Counted from the first letter of the stretch, positions 18,005 to 29,987 are shown. The stretch is DNA of 37,892 nt from Candidatus Nanopelagicales bacterium (GCA_040510995.1 JBEVHX010000122.1:1-37892); one strand, 5' to 3'. A program made the numbers and translations. The notes: generated by a model from the letters alone, not told the origin.

Positions 18005-18727
18005 TCAACGCCAGGCGTCGACGACGTCGAGCACGTCCCCGAGCGACTGCACGATAGCGTCGGGCTCGCCCTCGATGTGACCCTGCTGGTCCACCGGGAT
18101 ATCGGAGTGCGGGACGAGCACCGCCTTCATCCCCACCGCCTTCGCACCATGGATGTCGTCGAACGGCCGATCGCCGACGAAGACGCAGCGGCTCGCGTCC
18201 TCGACCCCGACCCCGACCGCGGCCATGGCGGCGCGGAACGCGTCCGGATGCGGCTTGGTCCACGGCAGCTCGCTGGAGTAGACGGCGCCGTCGATCAGGT
18301 CGAGCACGCCGTCGCGCTTGAACACGTGCTGGTGGTGTGCGCGCGGCCACAACGTGTTGGACAGCACTCCGACCTTCAGCCCGCGGGTGCGCAGCCCACG
18401 CAGCAGTTCTGGCGCATCCGCGTCGATCCAGGTGTGCGGCGTCCAGGAGTCGAGGTATGCGGCCAGGGCGGCCGCGTGTCGTTCCCCTACCGGTTCGATG
18501 CCGGTATTGCGGAAGACCTCATCAAGTGTGGCGGAGCGTTGATGTTCGCGACCGGCGGCCAAGGACGCCGACTCCTGTTCGAGCAGACGACCCGCCAGCT
18601 CGTCGGCGTGCACCGGGTCGTACGCGTGCGCATACGCGAACCATTGCTCCCTCAGGTCGACCGTGTGCCAGGGCGTGAGCGTGCCGCCCCAGTCGAAGAT
18701 GACCGCGTCGAGTGCGCCCTCAGCCAC
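18005..18727 (-). CDS. HAD-family hydrolase
   Basis: AVIFDWGGTL, GVLSNT, KPHP, FVGDRPFDDIHGA. Confidence 0.92.
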   Translation of the reverse strand: MAEGALDAVIFDWGGTLTPWHTVDLREQWFAYAHAYDPVHADELAGRLLEQESASLAAGREHQRSATLDEVFRNTGIEPVGERHAAALAAYLDSWTPHTWIDADAPELLRGLRTRGLKVGVLSNTLWPRAHHQHVFKRDGVLDLIDGAVYSSELPWTKPHPDAFRAAMAAVGVGVEDASRCVFVGDRPFDDIHGAKAVGMKAVLVPHSDIPVDQQGHIEGEPDAIVQSLGDVLDVVDAWR

Positions 18728-18735
18728 CGAAAGCC

Positions 18736-20496
18736 CTAGCCACGGACGACCGCGGTGATCCGCTCCGCCGCTTCGCCCACCGGCACCAGCTCGCGCTCTC
18801 CGGTGGCCCGGTCCTTGAGCTCGATGTCGCCGTCCGCGAGACCACGGCCCACGACCGCGATCGTCGGCACGCCGATCAGCTCCGAGTCGTTGAACTTGAC
18901 TCCAGGCGAGACGCCTTGCCGGTCGTCGTAGAGCACGCTGACACCCGCCTCGTCAAGCTGGGCGGCCAGCCGGTCGGCGGCCGCATGCACGGCCGGGTCC
19001 TTGCCGGTGGCCACGAGATGGACGTCGGCCGGTGCGACCTCCCGAGGCCAGACCAGACCATGGTCGTCGTACATCGTCTCCGCGATCGCCGCGACGGCGC
19101 GCGACACGCCGATGCCGTACGAACCCATCGTCACCGTCACGAGATCGCCCTTCTCGTCCTGCACCTGCAAGCCGAGCGCCTCTGCGTATTTGCGGCCGAG
19201 CTGGAAGATGTGCCCGATCTCGATGCCACGCGCAATCTCCAAGGCCCCGCCGTCGACCGGGCACGGATCACCGGCCCGAACCTCAGCGGCCTCGATGACT
19301 CCGTCGCCGTTGAAGTCGCGACCGGCCACCAGGTCGATGACGTGCCGGCCGGGCGCGTCGGCACCCGTGACCCACCGAGTGCCTTCCACCACCCGCGGGT
19401 CGAGCAGGTAGCGAATGTCGGCCTGCTTGAGCCCGGCGGGGCCTATGTACCCCTTGATCAAGGACGGGTGCGCGTCGAAGTCGGCATCGTTGAACCCGTC
19501 GACCTCGGCCGGGCCGACCTGAGCCTCGAGCCGCTTGACGTCGATCTCACGATCGCCGGGCACGCCGATGGCGAGTGGCTCCCGGTTGCCGTCGGGATGC
19601 ACGAGCACGACCAGGACGTTCTTCAGCGTGTCGGCGGCGGCCCACGGACGGTCCGCGCGCGCGAGCGCCGGCTGCGCGTTGAGGTGCTCGACCAGCGTGT
19701 CGATCGTGGGCGTATCCGGGGTGTCCTCGGCGTGCGCTGCCGGCGCGTCCGCATACGGGATCGGCTCGGGAACCGGCGTGGTCACCGCCTCGACATTCGC
19801 CGCGTACTCGCAGGTCGTGCAGCGCACGAACGAGTCCTCACCGGACTCGGCCGGTGCGAGGAACTCCTCCGACGCGCTGCCACCCATCGCGCCGGACATC
19901 GCCGAGACGATGACGTAGGGCAGGCCCAACCGGTCGAACGTCTTGATGTATGCGGCGCGGTGCTGCCGGTAGGACTCCTCGAGGCCGGCGTCGTCGACGT
20001 CGAAGGAGTAGCTGTCCTTCATCACGAACTCGCGACCGCGCAGGATGCCGGCCCGTGGCCGCGCCTCGTCCCGGTACTTGGTCTGGATCTGGTAGATCGA
20101 AAGCGGCAAGTCCTTGTAGGAGCTGTACAGGTCCTTGACCTGCAAGGTGAACAGCTCCTCGTGCGTCGGCCCGAGCAGGTAGTCGGCGCCCTTGCGGTCG
20201 CGCAGTCGGAACAACGTGTCGCCGTACTCAGTCCAGCGGTTCGTCGCCTCGTACGGCTCACGTGGCAGCAGCGCCGGGAAGTGCACCTCCTGGAAGCCGG
20301 CGGCGTCCATCTCCTCGCGCACGATGTTCTCGACATTGCGGTAGACCCGGTAGCCCAGCGGCAGCCAGCTGAAGATGCCCGGTGCCACCCGACGCACATA
20401 GCACGCGCGGACCAGCAGCCGGTGCGACGGAACCTCCGCGTCGGCCGGGTCCTCGCGCAGGGTGCGCAGGAACAGCGACGACATGCGCAGGATCAA
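18736..20496 (-). CDS. proS: Proline--tRNA ligase (bacterial type with INS editing domain)
   Basis: [68 protein letters not shown]; TTG start at 20496 with AGAGGAG SD. Confidence 0.98.
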   Translation of the reverse strand: MILRMSSLFLRTLREDPADAEVPSHRLLVRACYVRRVAPGIFSWLPLGYRVYRNVENIVREEMDAAGFQEVHFPALLPREPYEATNRWTEYGDTLFRLRDRKGADYLLGPTHEELFTLQVKDLYSSYKDLPLSIYQIQTKYRDEARPRAGILRGREFVMKDSYSFDVDDAGLEESYRQHRAAYIKTFDRLGLPYVIVSAMSGAMGGSASEEFLAPAESGEDSFVRCTTCEYAANVEAVTTPVPEPIPYADAPAAHAEDTPDTPTIDTLVEHLNAQPALARADRPWAAADTLKNVLVVLVHPDGNREPLAIGVPGDREIDVKRLEAQVGPAEVDGFNDADFDAHPSLIKGYIGPAGLKQADIRYLLDPRVVEGTRWVTGADAPGRHVIDLVAGRDFNGDGVIEAAEVRAGDPCPVDGGALEIARGIEIGHIFQLGRKYAEALGLQVQDEKGDLVTVTMGSYGIGVSRAVAAIAETMYDDHGLVWPREVAPADVHLVATGKDPAVHAAADRLAAQLDEAGVSVLYDDRQGVSPGVKFNDSELIGVPTIAVVGRGLADGDIELKDRATGERELVPVGEAAERITAVVRG

Positions 20497-20548
20497 CGTG
20501 GCTCCTCTTTCGGGCGTTCGCGAAGTGCGGTGAGGATATCCGTCCTTG

Positions 20549-21793
20549 TTACGAGGGCCGCTCCTGCGCTTCCATGCCGCTGCGAATGGGCGAGGTCCAG
20601 GCCACCACAACCCCGACGACGATGACCAGCGCTCCGGTGAGGATTCCCGCGCTCGGTCCGTATGCCTCCGCGACGGCGCCGCCGACCACCGCACCAAGCG
20701 GCCAGCCCACGCCAAAGGACAGCATCCGACCGGTCGCATTGACCCGGCTCAGCAGCTGTTCGGGCGTGACCTGCTGGCGGAAGGTGACGGAGTTCACCAC
20801 GACCAGCATGTATGCGAAGCCCCATGCACCCAGCAGCACCGTGGCAACCCACAAGGTGCCGGCGAGCGCCGTTGCGACGCCGAGCGCAGCGCTGAGCGGG
20901 AGCGCGAGCAGTACGACCTTGGCGGTGCCAAAACGGCGAACCAGTCGGGGCATCGCGACGCTGGCGAGGACCCCGCCGACCCCCCAGCCGGCGAAGATCA
21001 CGCCGAGCCGGGCGTCACCTTGCTGAACGTCGAGCCGCTGGTCCGCCCAGACCACCCATTGCCCCATGAACGCACCCCCGGCGAAGGACTGGCAGGCGCC
21101 GATGATGGTCATCGTGCGCACCCCCGCGTGCGCAACCAGCCAACGCAGGCCGTCAGCGACCTCGCCGCGCAGCGCTGCCAACCCGGTGTTGGTGGCGGAC
21201 GCGTCGCGCCCGCTCATCGCGCGGCTGATCGAGCGGATGAGCAGCGCCGACGCCAGGAAGGTCAACGCGTCGATGCTGACGACCGTGGGCGCTGTGACCA
21301 CGGCCAGCAGGGCGCCCGCTGCGGCCGGCATCACCACGTCGAGCAGAGAGGCGGTTCCCCAGATCGCGCTGTTGGCGGCGACGATGCGGTCGCGCCCGAC
21401 GAGAACCGGGAGGGCGCCGAGGTTGGCGGTGTCGAAGAACACGAAGACTGCCTGGCTCAGGAACGCGGCGACCAGCACATGCAAAACGGTGAGCGCGTCC
21501 AGCCATGCCGCAACCGGGATCGACCCCAGGATCGCTGCGTTCGCAACATCGGCGACGACCATGACCCGCTTGCGGTCCAGCCGGTCGGCCAGCGCGCCGG
21601 CGACCAATCCGAACAGGAGGTACGGCAGCGCTTCGAACGTGGCCACCAGGCTCGTGACCAGTGGGGACCCGGTGAGGTCGTAGACGATGACCGGCAGCGC
21701 GACGTAGGTGAACACTGCGCCACCAACCGACAGCGTGCGGGCTGTCCAGAACCGCCGGAAGTCGCGGTCGTCCCGCAACCGCTGCGCCGGCAC
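20549..21793 (-). CDS. MFS transporter (MFS_3 / H+ antiporter-like)
   Basis: [20 protein letters not shown] motif A, ~12 TM segments, [13 protein letters not shown]; GTG start at 21793 inferred. Confidence 0.88.
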   Translation of the reverse strand: MPAQRLRDDRDFRRFWTARTLSVGGAVFTYVALPVIVYDLTGSPLVTSLVATFEALPYLLFGLVAGALADRLDRKRVMVVADVANAAILGSIPVAAWLDALTVLHVLVAAFLSQAVFVFFDTANLGALPVLVGRDRIVAANSAIWGTASLLDVVMPAAAGALLAVVTAPTVVSIDALTFLASALLIRSISRAMSGRDASATNTGLAALRGEVADGLRWLVAHAGVRTMTIIGACQSFAGGAFMGQWVVWADQRLDVQQGDARLGVIFAGWGVGGVLASVAMPRLVRRFGTAKVVLLALPLSAALGVATALAGTLWVATVLLGAWGFAYMLVVVNSVTFRQQVTPEQLLSRVNATGRMLSFGVGWPLGAVVGGAVAEAYGPSAGILTGALVIVVGVVVAWTSPIRSGMEAQERPS

Positions 21794-21801
21794 CGGGGAG
21801 C

Positions 21802-22656
21802 TCAGAACAGGACCGTGGCGAACGTGCCGACGTCGCGGAACCCCGTGCGCAGGTATGCGCGCCGCGCTGCCACGTTGTAGTCGTTGACGTACAAGGAGAC
21901 GGTGGACGCGAACTGGTCCTGCGCCCACTGCACGACCGCGGCCATGCACGGCGCGGCCAGACCCTGACCCCGCCGGTTCGGGTCGACCCACACCCCCTGA
22001 ACCTGTACGGCCACGTCGGAGACCGCGCCCAGCTCGGCTTTGAACACGACCGTCCCGTCCTCGATCCAGGCGAACGACCGGCCGCCGTCGATCAGCTCGG
22101 CCACCCGGTTCCGGTACAGACCGCCGCCGTCGCCGACGAGCGGCGATACCCCGACCTCCTCCGTGAACATGGCGATCGACGCGGGCAGCACGACGTCGAG
22201 CTCCTGCGGTCGGACCGGTCGAACCCGCGGGTCGGCCTCGATCACCGGCTCACCGGTAATCGCCATCAGCGGCTGCGACCGCCGGACCTCACGGGCCGGG
22301 CTCCAGGAAATCGCCAGCCCGCCCCAGAGCGCGAGCACGTCACCGGCAGGTCCCACGATCGACGAACAGTGCCTTCCTTGCCGACGACCGCGCTCCACGA
22401 AGGCAGCCAACGCCGCCGGGGTCGCTTCGACCGGCACCAAGTTGGCCCCCGCAAAGCACATCGACCGGAGCTCGCCGTCCTCGACCCACCCCCACAGCTC
22501 GCCGCCGATGCTCCAGCGTGCTGCGCTGGAGCCGTGCAGTATCCGGGAGGCAACGAACACGTGCGCGACCGGGTCGCGGGCCAGCAGCTCGAGCGCGGCG
22601 TCGCGGTCGGCTCGACCGAGGACGCGCAGCGCGTGGAGTGATGGGGTGAGCGTCAT
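21802..22656 (-). CDS. GNAT acetyltransferase (DUF4081-type)
   Basis: GANLVP, QVQGVWVDPNRRGQG, VSLYVNDYN...AY...GF; usual neighbour of ispG in actinobacteria. Confidence 0.9.
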   Translation of the reverse strand: MTLTPSLHALRVLGRADRDAALELLARDPVAHVFVASRILHGSSAARWSIGGELWGWVEDGELRSMCFAGANLVPVEATPAALAAFVERGRRQGRHCSSIVGPAGDVLALWGGLAISWSPAREVRRSQPLMAITGEPVIEADPRVRPVRPQELDVVLPASIAMFTEEVGVSPLVGDGGGLYRNRVAELIDGGRSFAWIEDGTVVFKAELGAVSDVAVQVQGVWVDPNRRGQGLAAPCMAAVVQWAQDQFASTVSLYVNDYNVAARRAYLRTGFRDVGTFATVLF

Positions 22657-22741
22657 CGGGTGCCATCCTCCCCCACGCCCGCGGATGCTGACCTGATCGC
22701 CCTGCGCGAATCTGGACGTCGGCCGGAGTCCTCGCAGGATG

Positions 22742-23896
22742 TCAGGCCGTCGTGACGACAGGCGCGCCGGACTCCGCTCCGTCGGACTGCATCTGCTCGG
22801 CCAGCCGCATGGCCTCATCGATGAGCGTTTCGACGATCAGCGACTCGGGGACCGTCTTGATCACCTCACCCTTGACGAAGATCTGGCCCTTGCCGTTGCC
22901 GGATGCGACGCCGAGGTCCGCCTCGCGCGCCTCACCCGGGCCGTTCACGACGCAGCCCATCACCGCCACCCGCAGCGGGACGTCGATGCCGTCGAGGCCC
23001 GCAGTGACCTGGTCGGCGAGGGTGTACACGTCGACTTGGGCCCGTCCGCAGGACGGGCACGACACGATCTCGAGCCCGCGCTGGCGCAGGTGCAGCGACT
23101 CGAGGATGCCGATGCCGACCTTGACCTCCTCGACCGGCGGCGCCGACAAGGAGACCCGAATGGTGTCGCCGATGCCCTGCGACAGCAAGGCGCCGAACGC
23201 GACCGCCGACTTGACCGTGCCCTGGAACGCGGGGCCGGCCTCGGTAACCCCTAGGTGCAACGGGTAGTCGCACTGCTCGGCCAGCAGCTGGTAGGCACGG
23301 ACCATCACGACCGGGTCGTGGTGCTTCACCGAGATCTTGATGTCACGAAACCCGTGCTCCTCGAACAGCGAGCATTCCCACAGAGCAGACTCGACCAACG
23401 CCTCCGGGGTCGCCTTGCCGTACTTCTCCAGCAGCCGCTTGTCGAGCGAGCCCGCGTTGACGCCGATGCGGATCGGGGTGCCGGCTGCCGAAGCGGCCGC
23501 TGCGATCTCCTTCACCTTGTCGTCGAAAGCCTTGATGTTGCCTGGGTTCACCCGCACCGCCGCGCAGCCAGCGTCGATGGCGGCGAAGACGTAGCGCGGC
23601 TGGAAGTGGATGTCGGCGATGACCGGGATCTGCGACTTCCGGGCGATCGCCGGCAGCGCCTCGACGTCGTCCTGGCTGGGCACGGCAACCCGGACGATTT
23701 CACAGCCAGTGGCGGTCAGCTCGGCGATCTGCTGCAAAGTCGCGTCGACATCGGCGGTCACGGTGGTCGTCATCGACTGCACGGACACCGGAGCGTCTCC
23801 GCCGACGGCCACCGACCCGACCTGAATCTGGCGGGACTTTCGGCGCGGCGCCAGGGTCGGTACCGGCGCGGCCGGCATACCAAGAGACACGGACAT
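22742..23896 (-). CDS. ispG: (E)-4-hydroxy-3-methylbut-2-enyl-diphosphate synthase
   Basis: [48 protein letters not shown]; ATG 23896. Confidence 0.98.
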   Translation of the reverse strand: MSVSLGMPAAPVPTLAPRRKSRQIQVGSVAVGGDAPVSVQSMTTTVTADVDATLQQIAELTATGCEIVRVAVPSQDDVEALPAIARKSQIPVIADIHFQPRYVFAAIDAGCAAVRVNPGNIKAFDDKVKEIAAAASAAGTPIRIGVNAGSLDKRLLEKYGKATPEALVESALWECSLFEEHGFRDIKISVKHHDPVVMVRAYQLLAEQCDYPLHLGVTEAGPAFQGTVKSAVAFGALLSQGIGDTIRVSLSAPPVEEVKVGIGILESLHLRQRGLEIVSCPSCGRAQVDVYTLADQVTAGLDGIDVPLRVAVMGCVVNGPGEAREADLGVASGNGKGQIFVKGEVIKTVPESLIVETLIDEAMRLAEQMQSDGAESGAPVVTTA

Positions 23897-23961
23897 GCTG
23901 TCCAGTATCCCTGCCTCCCGACCTGTCGCCGTTGACAGCGCCCAGGTGCACGCCTTGTCGA

Positions 23962-25257
23962 CTATCCGCCAATGCGGATCGGGTTCACGACGTCCGCATA
24001 CAGCAGCAGGGCCGACATCCCGATGAGGAGGACGGCAACGCTGTATGCCACCGGCAGCATGCGAGCCACGTCGACCGGACCGGGGTCGGGCCGGCCGCGG
24101 ATCCGAGCCACCTGCCGGCGTCCGCCCTCGTACAGCGCGCCAGCAATGTGCCCGCCGTCGAGCGGGAGCAGCGGCAGGAGGTTGAACAGGAACAGCGCCA
24201 TGTTGAGCGACGCCAGCAGGTTCAGAAAGTCCGCGACCTTCCACTTCAGCGGGACCTCGTCGTAGGCCGCGATCTCGCCGCCGATCCGGCTCACGCCAAC
24301 CACGCCAATGGGCCCTTCGGGGTCGCGCTCCGCGCCGCTGAAGGCTGCGTCCCACACACCGGCCATGCGCGAGGGGATCGACACAATCGCTTGCCCGGAG
24401 CGGATCGCGAAGTCCCACATGAAGCCGGGGACCTCGGTGATGGCCGCCTGGTCCAGCGCAAACGTCGGTGTCATCCCGAGGAATCCGACCGGGGTCTGCT
24501 CACCGTCGGGGTCGTCGACCGGCGGCCGGTCGACCTGTGCGAGCGTCACCGGCACGTCGAGCGTCTCGCCGTCACGCAGCACGGTGAGCGTCACGGCCTG
24601 GCCCGGGGCCGACCGGATCCAGCCCTGCAGCTCCTCCCACGACGCCGGCTCGTGGCCGGCGTAGGCGACGATCGTGTCGCCTTCCTGCAGCCCCGCGGCG
24701 GCGGCGGGGGTCGCCTCGTCCGCAGCCGTGCACTCCGGAGTGGTCGTCTGATCCGGTGTCACCTCGACGATGCATGGGCTGACTCGGCCAACGGAGGTCG
24801 TGGGCTCGGGCGTGCCGAAGGCGGTCAGCGTGATCGTGAACAGGACGGCCGCGATGAGCAGGTTCATGGTCGGGCCGCCGAGCATGATCACGACCCGCTT
24901 CGGCACCGACAGCTTCCAGAACACCCGGTCCTCATCACCGGGCCCTACCTCCGCCGCGCTCTGGTGCCGGGCGTCTGCGATCAGTGCCTGCATCCCGGTG
25001 AGCCCAGAACGCGGCGTCCCGTCCTTGCCGGGGGGGAACATGCCGATCATCCGGATGTAGCCGCCGAGCGGGATCCACTTCACGCCGTACTGGGTCTCGC
25101 CACGCCGGGTCGACCACGCTGTCGGGCCGAAGCCGACCATGTACTGGGTGACCTTCACCCCGAACTTCTTCGCCGGGACCATGTGGCCGACCTCGTGCAG
25201 CGCGATCGAGATCAGGATCCCAATCGCGAACAGCACGATGCCGATCGCGAACAGCAC
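23962..25257 (-). CDS. RseP/Rip1-like M50 intramembrane zinc metalloprotease with PDZ domain
   Basis: [32 protein letters not shown]; between dxr and ispG. Confidence 0.95.
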   Translation of the reverse strand: MLFAIGIVLFAIGILISIALHEVGHMVPAKKFGVKVTQYMVGFGPTAWSTRRGETQYGVKWIPLGGYIRMIGMFPPGKDGTPRSGLTGMQALIADARHQSAAEVGPGDEDRVFWKLSVPKRVVIMLGGPTMNLLIAAVLFTITLTAFGTPEPTTSVGRVSPCIVEVTPDQTTTPECTAADEATPAAAAGLQEGDTIVAYAGHEPASWEELQGWIRSAPGQAVTLTVLRDGETLDVPVTLAQVDRPPVDDPDGEQTPVGFLGMTPTFALDQAAITEVPGFMWDFAIRSGQAIVSIPSRMAGVWDAAFSGAERDPEGPIGVVGVSRIGGEIAAYDEVPLKWKVADFLNLLASLNMALFLFNLLPLLPLDGGHIAGALYEGGRRQVARIRGRPDPGPVDVARMLPVAYSVAVLLIGMSALLLYADVVNPIRIGG

Positions 25258-26436
25258 TCAAACTCCCGTCATCAGCGACCGCGCGCGCGACCGCGCCCAG
25301 GCATCGGCATTCAGAACGTCCGCCACGGCCGTCACGTTCCCGACCCGCTCGTCGCTGCCCTCGTATGCGTCCACGGCGCGGGCCACGACGTCGACGATGT
25401 CGCGGAAGGGCAGCCGCCGTTCGCGGAAGGCGCCGACCGCGACTTCGTTGGCGGCGTTGAACACAGCAGGATACGCGCCGCCGGCCCGACCCACCGACTT
25501 GGCCAAGCCGACCGCCGGGAACGCGTCATCGTCCATCGGCAGGAACTCCCAGCTCGACGCCGTGGACCAGTCGCACCCGGCGGCCGCACCCGCGACGCGG
25601 TCGGGCCAGGCCAGACCCAGCGCGAGCGGCAGCCGCATGTCCGGCGGGCTCGCCTGCGCCAGCGTGGAGCCGTCGACGAACTCGACCATGGAGTGGACGA
25701 CCGACTGCGGATGAACGACGACGTCGATCCGGTCGTAGGGCAGGTCGAAAAGCAGGTGGGCCTCGATCACCTCGAGTGCCTTGTTCATCAACGTTGCGCT
25801 GTTGATCGTGACCACCGGCCCCATCGACCAGGTCGGATGCGCCAGCGCTTGCTCGACCGTGACGTCGGCCAGCTGTTCGCGGGTCCAGCCACGGAACGGG
25901 CCACCGCTCGCGGTCAGCACCAGCCGCTGCACCTCTGACGGGGCACCCCCGCGCAGACACTGCGCCAGCGCCGAGTGCTCGGAGTCGACCGGCACGATCT
26001 GGCCGGGGGCGGCCGCCGCCTTCACGAGCGGCCCGCCGACGATCAGTGACTCCTTGTTGGCCAGCGCCAGCGTGCGACCGGCCGCGAGCGCGGCGAGCGT
26101 GGGCGCCAGCCCGATCGATCCAGTGATCCCGTTGAGCACGACGTCGCAGGGCCAGCCGGCGACCTCGGTGCCGGCGTCGGGTCCGACCAAGACCTTTGGC
26201 GACACCCCGCGATCGGTGAGGGCCGCCCGCAGCGCTGCCTCCGCCGCCAGGTCGGCGATGGCGACAACGTCGACGGACAGCTCGGCAGCCTGCCGGGCGA
26301 CGACGTCCACCCGACTGCCGCCCGCCGACAGCCCGACGACCCGGAACCGGTCGGGGTTGCGCCGCACGATGTCCTCGGCCTGGGTGCCGATCGACCCGCT
26401 CGAGCCCAAGAGCACGACCTCTCGCGGTGATGTCAC
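25258..26436 (-). CDS. dxr: 1-deoxy-D-xylulose-5-phosphate reductoisomerase
   Basis: [43 protein letters not shown]. Confidence 0.98.
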   Translation of the reverse strand: MTSPREVVLLGSSGSIGTQAEDIVRRNPDRFRVVGLSAGGSRVDVVARQAAELSVDVVAIADLAAEAALRAALTDRGVSPKVLVGPDAGTEVAGWPCDVVLNGITGSIGLAPTLAALAAGRTLALANKESLIVGGPLVKAAAAPGQIVPVDSEHSALAQCLRGGAPSEVQRLVLTASGGPFRGWTREQLADVTVEQALAHPTWSMGPVVTINSATLMNKALEVIEAHLLFDLPYDRIDVVVHPQSVVHSMVEFVDGSTLAQASPPDMRLPLALGLAWPDRVAGAAAGCDWSTASSWEFLPMDDDAFPAVGLAKSVGRAGGAYPAVFNAANEVAVGAFRERRLPFRDIVDVVARAVDAYEGSDERVGNVTAVADVLNADAWARSRARSLMTGV

Positions 26437-26481
26437 ACCGCCATTGTCCCCCTCTCCTCAGGCAGGCCGGGGCCGGACGGG

Positions 26482-26547
26482 GCCGGCTCCACCGCTTCGG
26501 CAGGTGTTGATGTCTGCGTGCAGGCCGGGCACCGAAGTGGAGCCGGC
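26482..26547. repeat. Long imperfect palindrome between the divergent dxr and ltrA genes
   Basis: GCCGGCTCCA-ccg-CTTCGG ... CCGAAG-TGGAGCCGGC, with inner GGTG/CACC and GTCTGC/GCAGGC pairings. Confidence 0.6.
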
Positions 26548-26563
26548 TGCCACGATCAAGGGC

Positions 26564-27691
26564 ATGCGCCTGACCCCCGACCGGCCGAGCAGCGCCGGCG
26601 CAGTCCGGGTGACCACGCTGGAGCTGTTCTTCGATCTCGTCTTCGTGTTCACGATCACCCAGCTGACCGAGGTGCTGACCGAGCACCCGACCGGTGCCGG
26701 CGTGGCGCAAGCGGCGTTGACGCTCGGCGTCGTGTTCTGGATGTACGGCGGCTACGCCTGGATGACCAACGCGGTGCCGCCGACCGACCCTGCGCTGCGC
26801 GGCCTTCTCCTGGTGGGCATGGCCGGCTTCCTGGTCATGGCGCTCGCCCTGCCTGACGCCTTCGGCGACGACGGCATTGCTTTTGGCGTCGCATACGTCG
26901 TCGTCACGGCCGTGCACACGGCGATGTACACGAAGGCCGGCGGGGTCGAGGCATGGGCCATCCTGCGGCTGGGCCGGTTCAACATCGCCGCCGCGCTGCT
27001 GGTGCTCACGGCGGGCTTCGTCCAGGGCGCAGCGGACTGGTGGCTGTGGGGCGCAGCCGTGGCGGTCCAGGTCTTCGGGCCGTTCGTCAGCCACACCGTC
27101 GGCGGCTTCCGCATCAGACCGGTGCACTTCGTCGAACGGCACGGGCTCCTGCTCATCATCGTGCTCGGCGAGTCGGTCGTCGCGGTGGGCATCGGCGCGG
27201 CTGGCTTGCCGGTCGACTTGGCCCTCTCGACCGGTGCTGTCCTGGCGCTGGCGCTCACCGTGGCGCTGTGGTGGGCGTACTTCGACCACGATGACGAGGC
27301 AGCGGAGCACGCCCTGACCGCACTGCCCGAGGACCAACGCTCTCCGGCCGCGCTGCGCGCATTCGGGTACGCCTTCGCGGCGTTGCTGGCCGGCATCGTG
27401 ACCTTTGCCGCCGGGACCAAGAAGTCGATCGGCCACATCGCCGACCCGGTCGGCGGCGCCGGCGCCTGGTACCTCGGCTCCGGCATCGCGCTGTTCCTGC
27501 TCGGGACGGTTGCGTTCCGGCTGGCGTTGTCGACCGGCGCTGTCGCGCTGCGGATGCTCGCCGCCGCTGCAGTTCTCGCGACAGTGCCGCTCGGCATCTG
27601 GGTGTCCGCCTGGTCGCAGCTGGTCGCTCTGCTCGTCGTGATGGTCGTATGCCTGGCGGCAGAACACCGCCGTTCGCACGCCGAGACGTGA
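26564..27691 (+). CDS. ltrA: Low temperature requirement protein A family membrane protein
   Basis: RVTTLELFFDLVFVFTITQLT, HFVERHGLLLIIVLGESV, LWWAYF; ATG 26564. Confidence 0.9.
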   Translation: MRLTPDRPSSAGAVRVTTLELFFDLVFVFTITQLTEVLTEHPTGAGVAQAALTLGVVFWMYGGYAWMTNAVPPTDPALRGLLLVGMAGFLVMALALPDAFGDDGIAFGVAYVVVTAVHTAMYTKAGGVEAWAILRLGRFNIAAALLVLTAGFVQGAADWWLWGAAVAVQVFGPFVSHTVGGFRIRPVHFVERHGLLLIIVLGESVVAVGIGAAGLPVDLALSTGAVLALALTVALWWAYFDHDDEAAEHALTALPEDQRSPAALRAFGYAFAALLAGIVTFAAGTKKSIGHIADPVGGAGAWYLGSGIALFLLGTVAFRLALSTGAVALRMLAAAAVLATVPLGIWVSAWSQLVALLVVMVVCLAAEHRRSHAET

Positions 27692-27709
27692 GAGGTGGCG
27701 AACGCGGAT

Positions 27710-27746
27710 GTTGGCAGGGTGGGGACCGTGTCCCGACCCTGCCAAC
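27710..27746. repeat. REP-like palindrome / bidirectional terminator between convergent ltrA and mmpL
   Basis: GTTGGCAGGGTGGGGAC-cgt-GTCCCGACCCTGCCAAC, 16/17 arm match. Confidence 0.75.
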
Positions 27747-27770
27747 GACGCCATTCGTGAGAAGTCCGGG

Positions 27771-29987
27771 TCAGACCCCCACGGCCTGAGGCTGCTCCTC
27801 GCGTACCGGCGGCAGCTCGGCGCCCTCGCGGATGCCGTGGCGGTCCCAGAACCGTGCCAGCGGCGCGGGCGCATACCAGTTCCAGCGGCCCAGCAGCTTC
27901 ATCGTGGCCGGCACCAGCAGTGCCCGGACGATCGTCGCATCGACCAGCACGGCGACGATCATGCCCACGCCGATCATCTTGATGAACGTGACACCGCTGG
28001 TGGAGAACGAGCCGATCACGATGACGAAAAGCACAGCAGCACTGGTGATGATGCGCCCGGTGCGCTGCAGGCCACGCGCGACGGCGCGGGTGTTGTCGTG
28101 CGTGGCGTCCCACTCCTCGCGGATGCGGGAGAGCAGGAACACCTCGTAGTCCATCGACAGACCGAACGCGATGGCCAGCATCAGGATCGGCTGGGTCGCC
28201 TCGATCGTCCCGGTGGTGGTGAAGTCGAGCAGCCCGGACAAGTTTCCGTCCTGGAAGACCCACACAACCACGCCGAGCATCGCCGAGAGCGAGAACACGT
28301 TCATGACCAGCGCCTTCAACGGCAGCACCACCGACCCGAAGGCGAGGAACAACAACGCGAACGTCACGAGCACCACGAAGAGCGCAGCCCACGGCAGCCG
28401 GTCGCCGAGCGAGCTGAGCCGGTCGTTGAGCTCGGCCGACTCGCCACCCACCAGCACCTCCGCGCCGTCCGGCGTCGGGAGCGCGCGGACGTCCTCGACG
28501 AGCTGACGGTTGGACTCGTCCAGGGCCTCGCCCTGGAACGCGACCGCGATCTGGGAGGTGTCGCCCGCGGTCCGGGTCACCTGTGCCCCGACCACGTCGG
28601 GCAAGGCGGCGATGTCGTCTGCGTACGCAGTGACCGCCGACTCGCTCGCTCCGATGACCACGACGTCCATGGGGACTGCGCCGCTGGGGAAGCCGTTCTG
28701 CACCGCCTCGGCGGCGACCCTGGACTCCGTGCCCTCGGGCAGCGCACGTGCGTCGACCCCACCGAAGGAGACCCGCAGGAACGGCAGACCGAGCGTGACC
28801 AGCAGCGCGATGGTGCCGACGACGACCAGCACCGGGCGACGCATCACCCCGCGCGCCCAGCGCGCCCACAGGCCGTGCTCGCCGTTGGGGTCGCCCATGC
28901 CGCTGTCCCCGTATGCGGGTTGCTTGCGCCGCCAAGGCAGTCGGATTCTTAGTGAGTCGACCCGCGGACCCATCACCGCGAGCAACGCCGGCAGCACCGT
29001 GAGCGCCGCGACCATCGCCACCACGACCGCGGCGATCCCGCCGAAGCCCATGGAGCGCAGGAAGTTCTGGGGGAAGAACAGCAGGGCGGCGAGTGACACG
29101 GCGACCGTGACACCGGAGAACGCGACCGTGCGCCCCGCAGTTGCCATCGTGCGCCCAAGTGCCTCGTTCACGTGCTCGCGGTCGGGTGACGCACCGCCGA
29201 GCGTCCGTAGCTCTTCGCGGAACCTGCTCACGACGAACAGCGCGTAGTCGATCGCGAGGCCCAGCCCCAGCATCGTCACGATGTTGATCGCGAAGACCGA
29301 GACGTCACCGAAGAGCGTCCCGATCCGGAGCAGGGTGAACGCGCCGAGGATCGCGAGCCCCCCGATCGCCAGCGGCAGGCTGGCCGCGGCCAGCGACCCG
29401 AAGACCACGACGAGCAGCACGAACAGGATCGGCAGCGAGATGGACTCGGCGGCCGCGATGTCCTCGGTGACCTGCTCGTTGACGCCGACGAAGGTGGGCA
29501 CCTGGCCGCCGCGCAGCGTCTCGACCTGTCCAGGCGCGACCAGCTCGTCGGCGATCTCCTCGTATGCGGCCTCGCGGTCCTCCTCCGTGTCCCCGACCAG
29601 CTGCAGCGCGGCATACGTCGACTGGCCGTCGTCGGCCACGAACTGCGGTGCACCGCCGGTCGACCAGTACGACGTCACCGACGCAACCTGGTCCACGGGC
29701 AGCCGGTCGAGCGTGCCTTGGACCGCGGCCTGGAAGGCGGGGTCGTCGACGCCGGAACCAGCCAGGTCGGTGTAGACGACCACGACGTCGGTCGCCTGTC
29801 GGCCGAGCCGGTCCTCGGCGACCGCGAGGGCCCGGCTGGACTCGCTGTTGGGGTCCTCGAACCCACCGCCTGACAGCCGGCCGAACACCCCGGTGCCCCA
29901 GACCAGCGCGATGACAACGAACGCCGCGGCCAGGCCGAGCACGACCCGACGCCGGCGGTACACCAGGTGTCCCAGCGACTCGAACAT
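27771..29987 (-). CDS. MmpL-family RND transporter
   Basis: GLGLAIDYALFVVSRFREEL and FGLSMDYEVFLLSRIRE (twin DY motifs), TGRIITSAA, VDATIVR. Confidence 0.95.
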   Translation of the reverse strand: MFESLGHLVYRRRRVVLGLAAAFVVIALVWGTGVFGRLSGGGFEDPNSESSRALAVAEDRLGRQATDVVVVYTDLAGSGVDDPAFQAAVQGTLDRLPVDQVASVTSYWSTGGAPQFVADDGQSTYAALQLVGDTEEDREAAYEEIADELVAPGQVETLRGGQVPTFVGVNEQVTEDIAAAESISLPILFVLLVVVFGSLAAASLPLAIGGLAILGAFTLLRIGTLFGDVSVFAINIVTMLGLGLAIDYALFVVSRFREELRTLGGASPDREHVNEALGRTMATAGRTVAFSGVTVAVSLAALLFFPQNFLRSMGFGGIAAVVVAMVAALTVLPALLAVMGPRVDSLRIRLPWRRKQPAYGDSGMGDPNGEHGLWARWARGVMRRPVLVVVGTIALLVTLGLPFLRVSFGGVDARALPEGTESRVAAEAVQNGFPSGAVPMDVVVIGASESAVTAYADDIAALPDVVGAQVTRTAGDTSQIAVAFQGEALDESNRQLVEDVRALPTPDGAEVLVGGESAELNDRLSSLGDRLPWAALFVVLVTFALLFLAFGSVVLPLKALVMNVFSLSAMLGVVVWVFQDGNLSGLLDFTTTGTIEATQPILMLAIAFGLSMDYEVFLLSRIREEWDATHDNTRAVARGLQRTGRIITSAAVLFVIVIGSFSTSGVTFIKMIGVGMIVAVLVDATIVRALLVPATMKLLGRWNWYAPAPLARFWDRHGIREGAELPPVREEQPQAVGV

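Noticed and set aside
20497-20548. T-box or riboswitch upstream of proS (and FMN riboswitch upstream of ribF)
   Set aside because: Spacers are too short (52 and 82 bp) and lack the conserved motifs.
25526-28935. Very long alternative-frame ORFs (782 aa, 727 aa; also 13009-14832, 18712-20625, 23932-25938, 4870-6720)
   Set aside because: Shadow frames of recognisable genes; Arg/Pro/Ala-rich with no motifs, as expected at ~70% GC.
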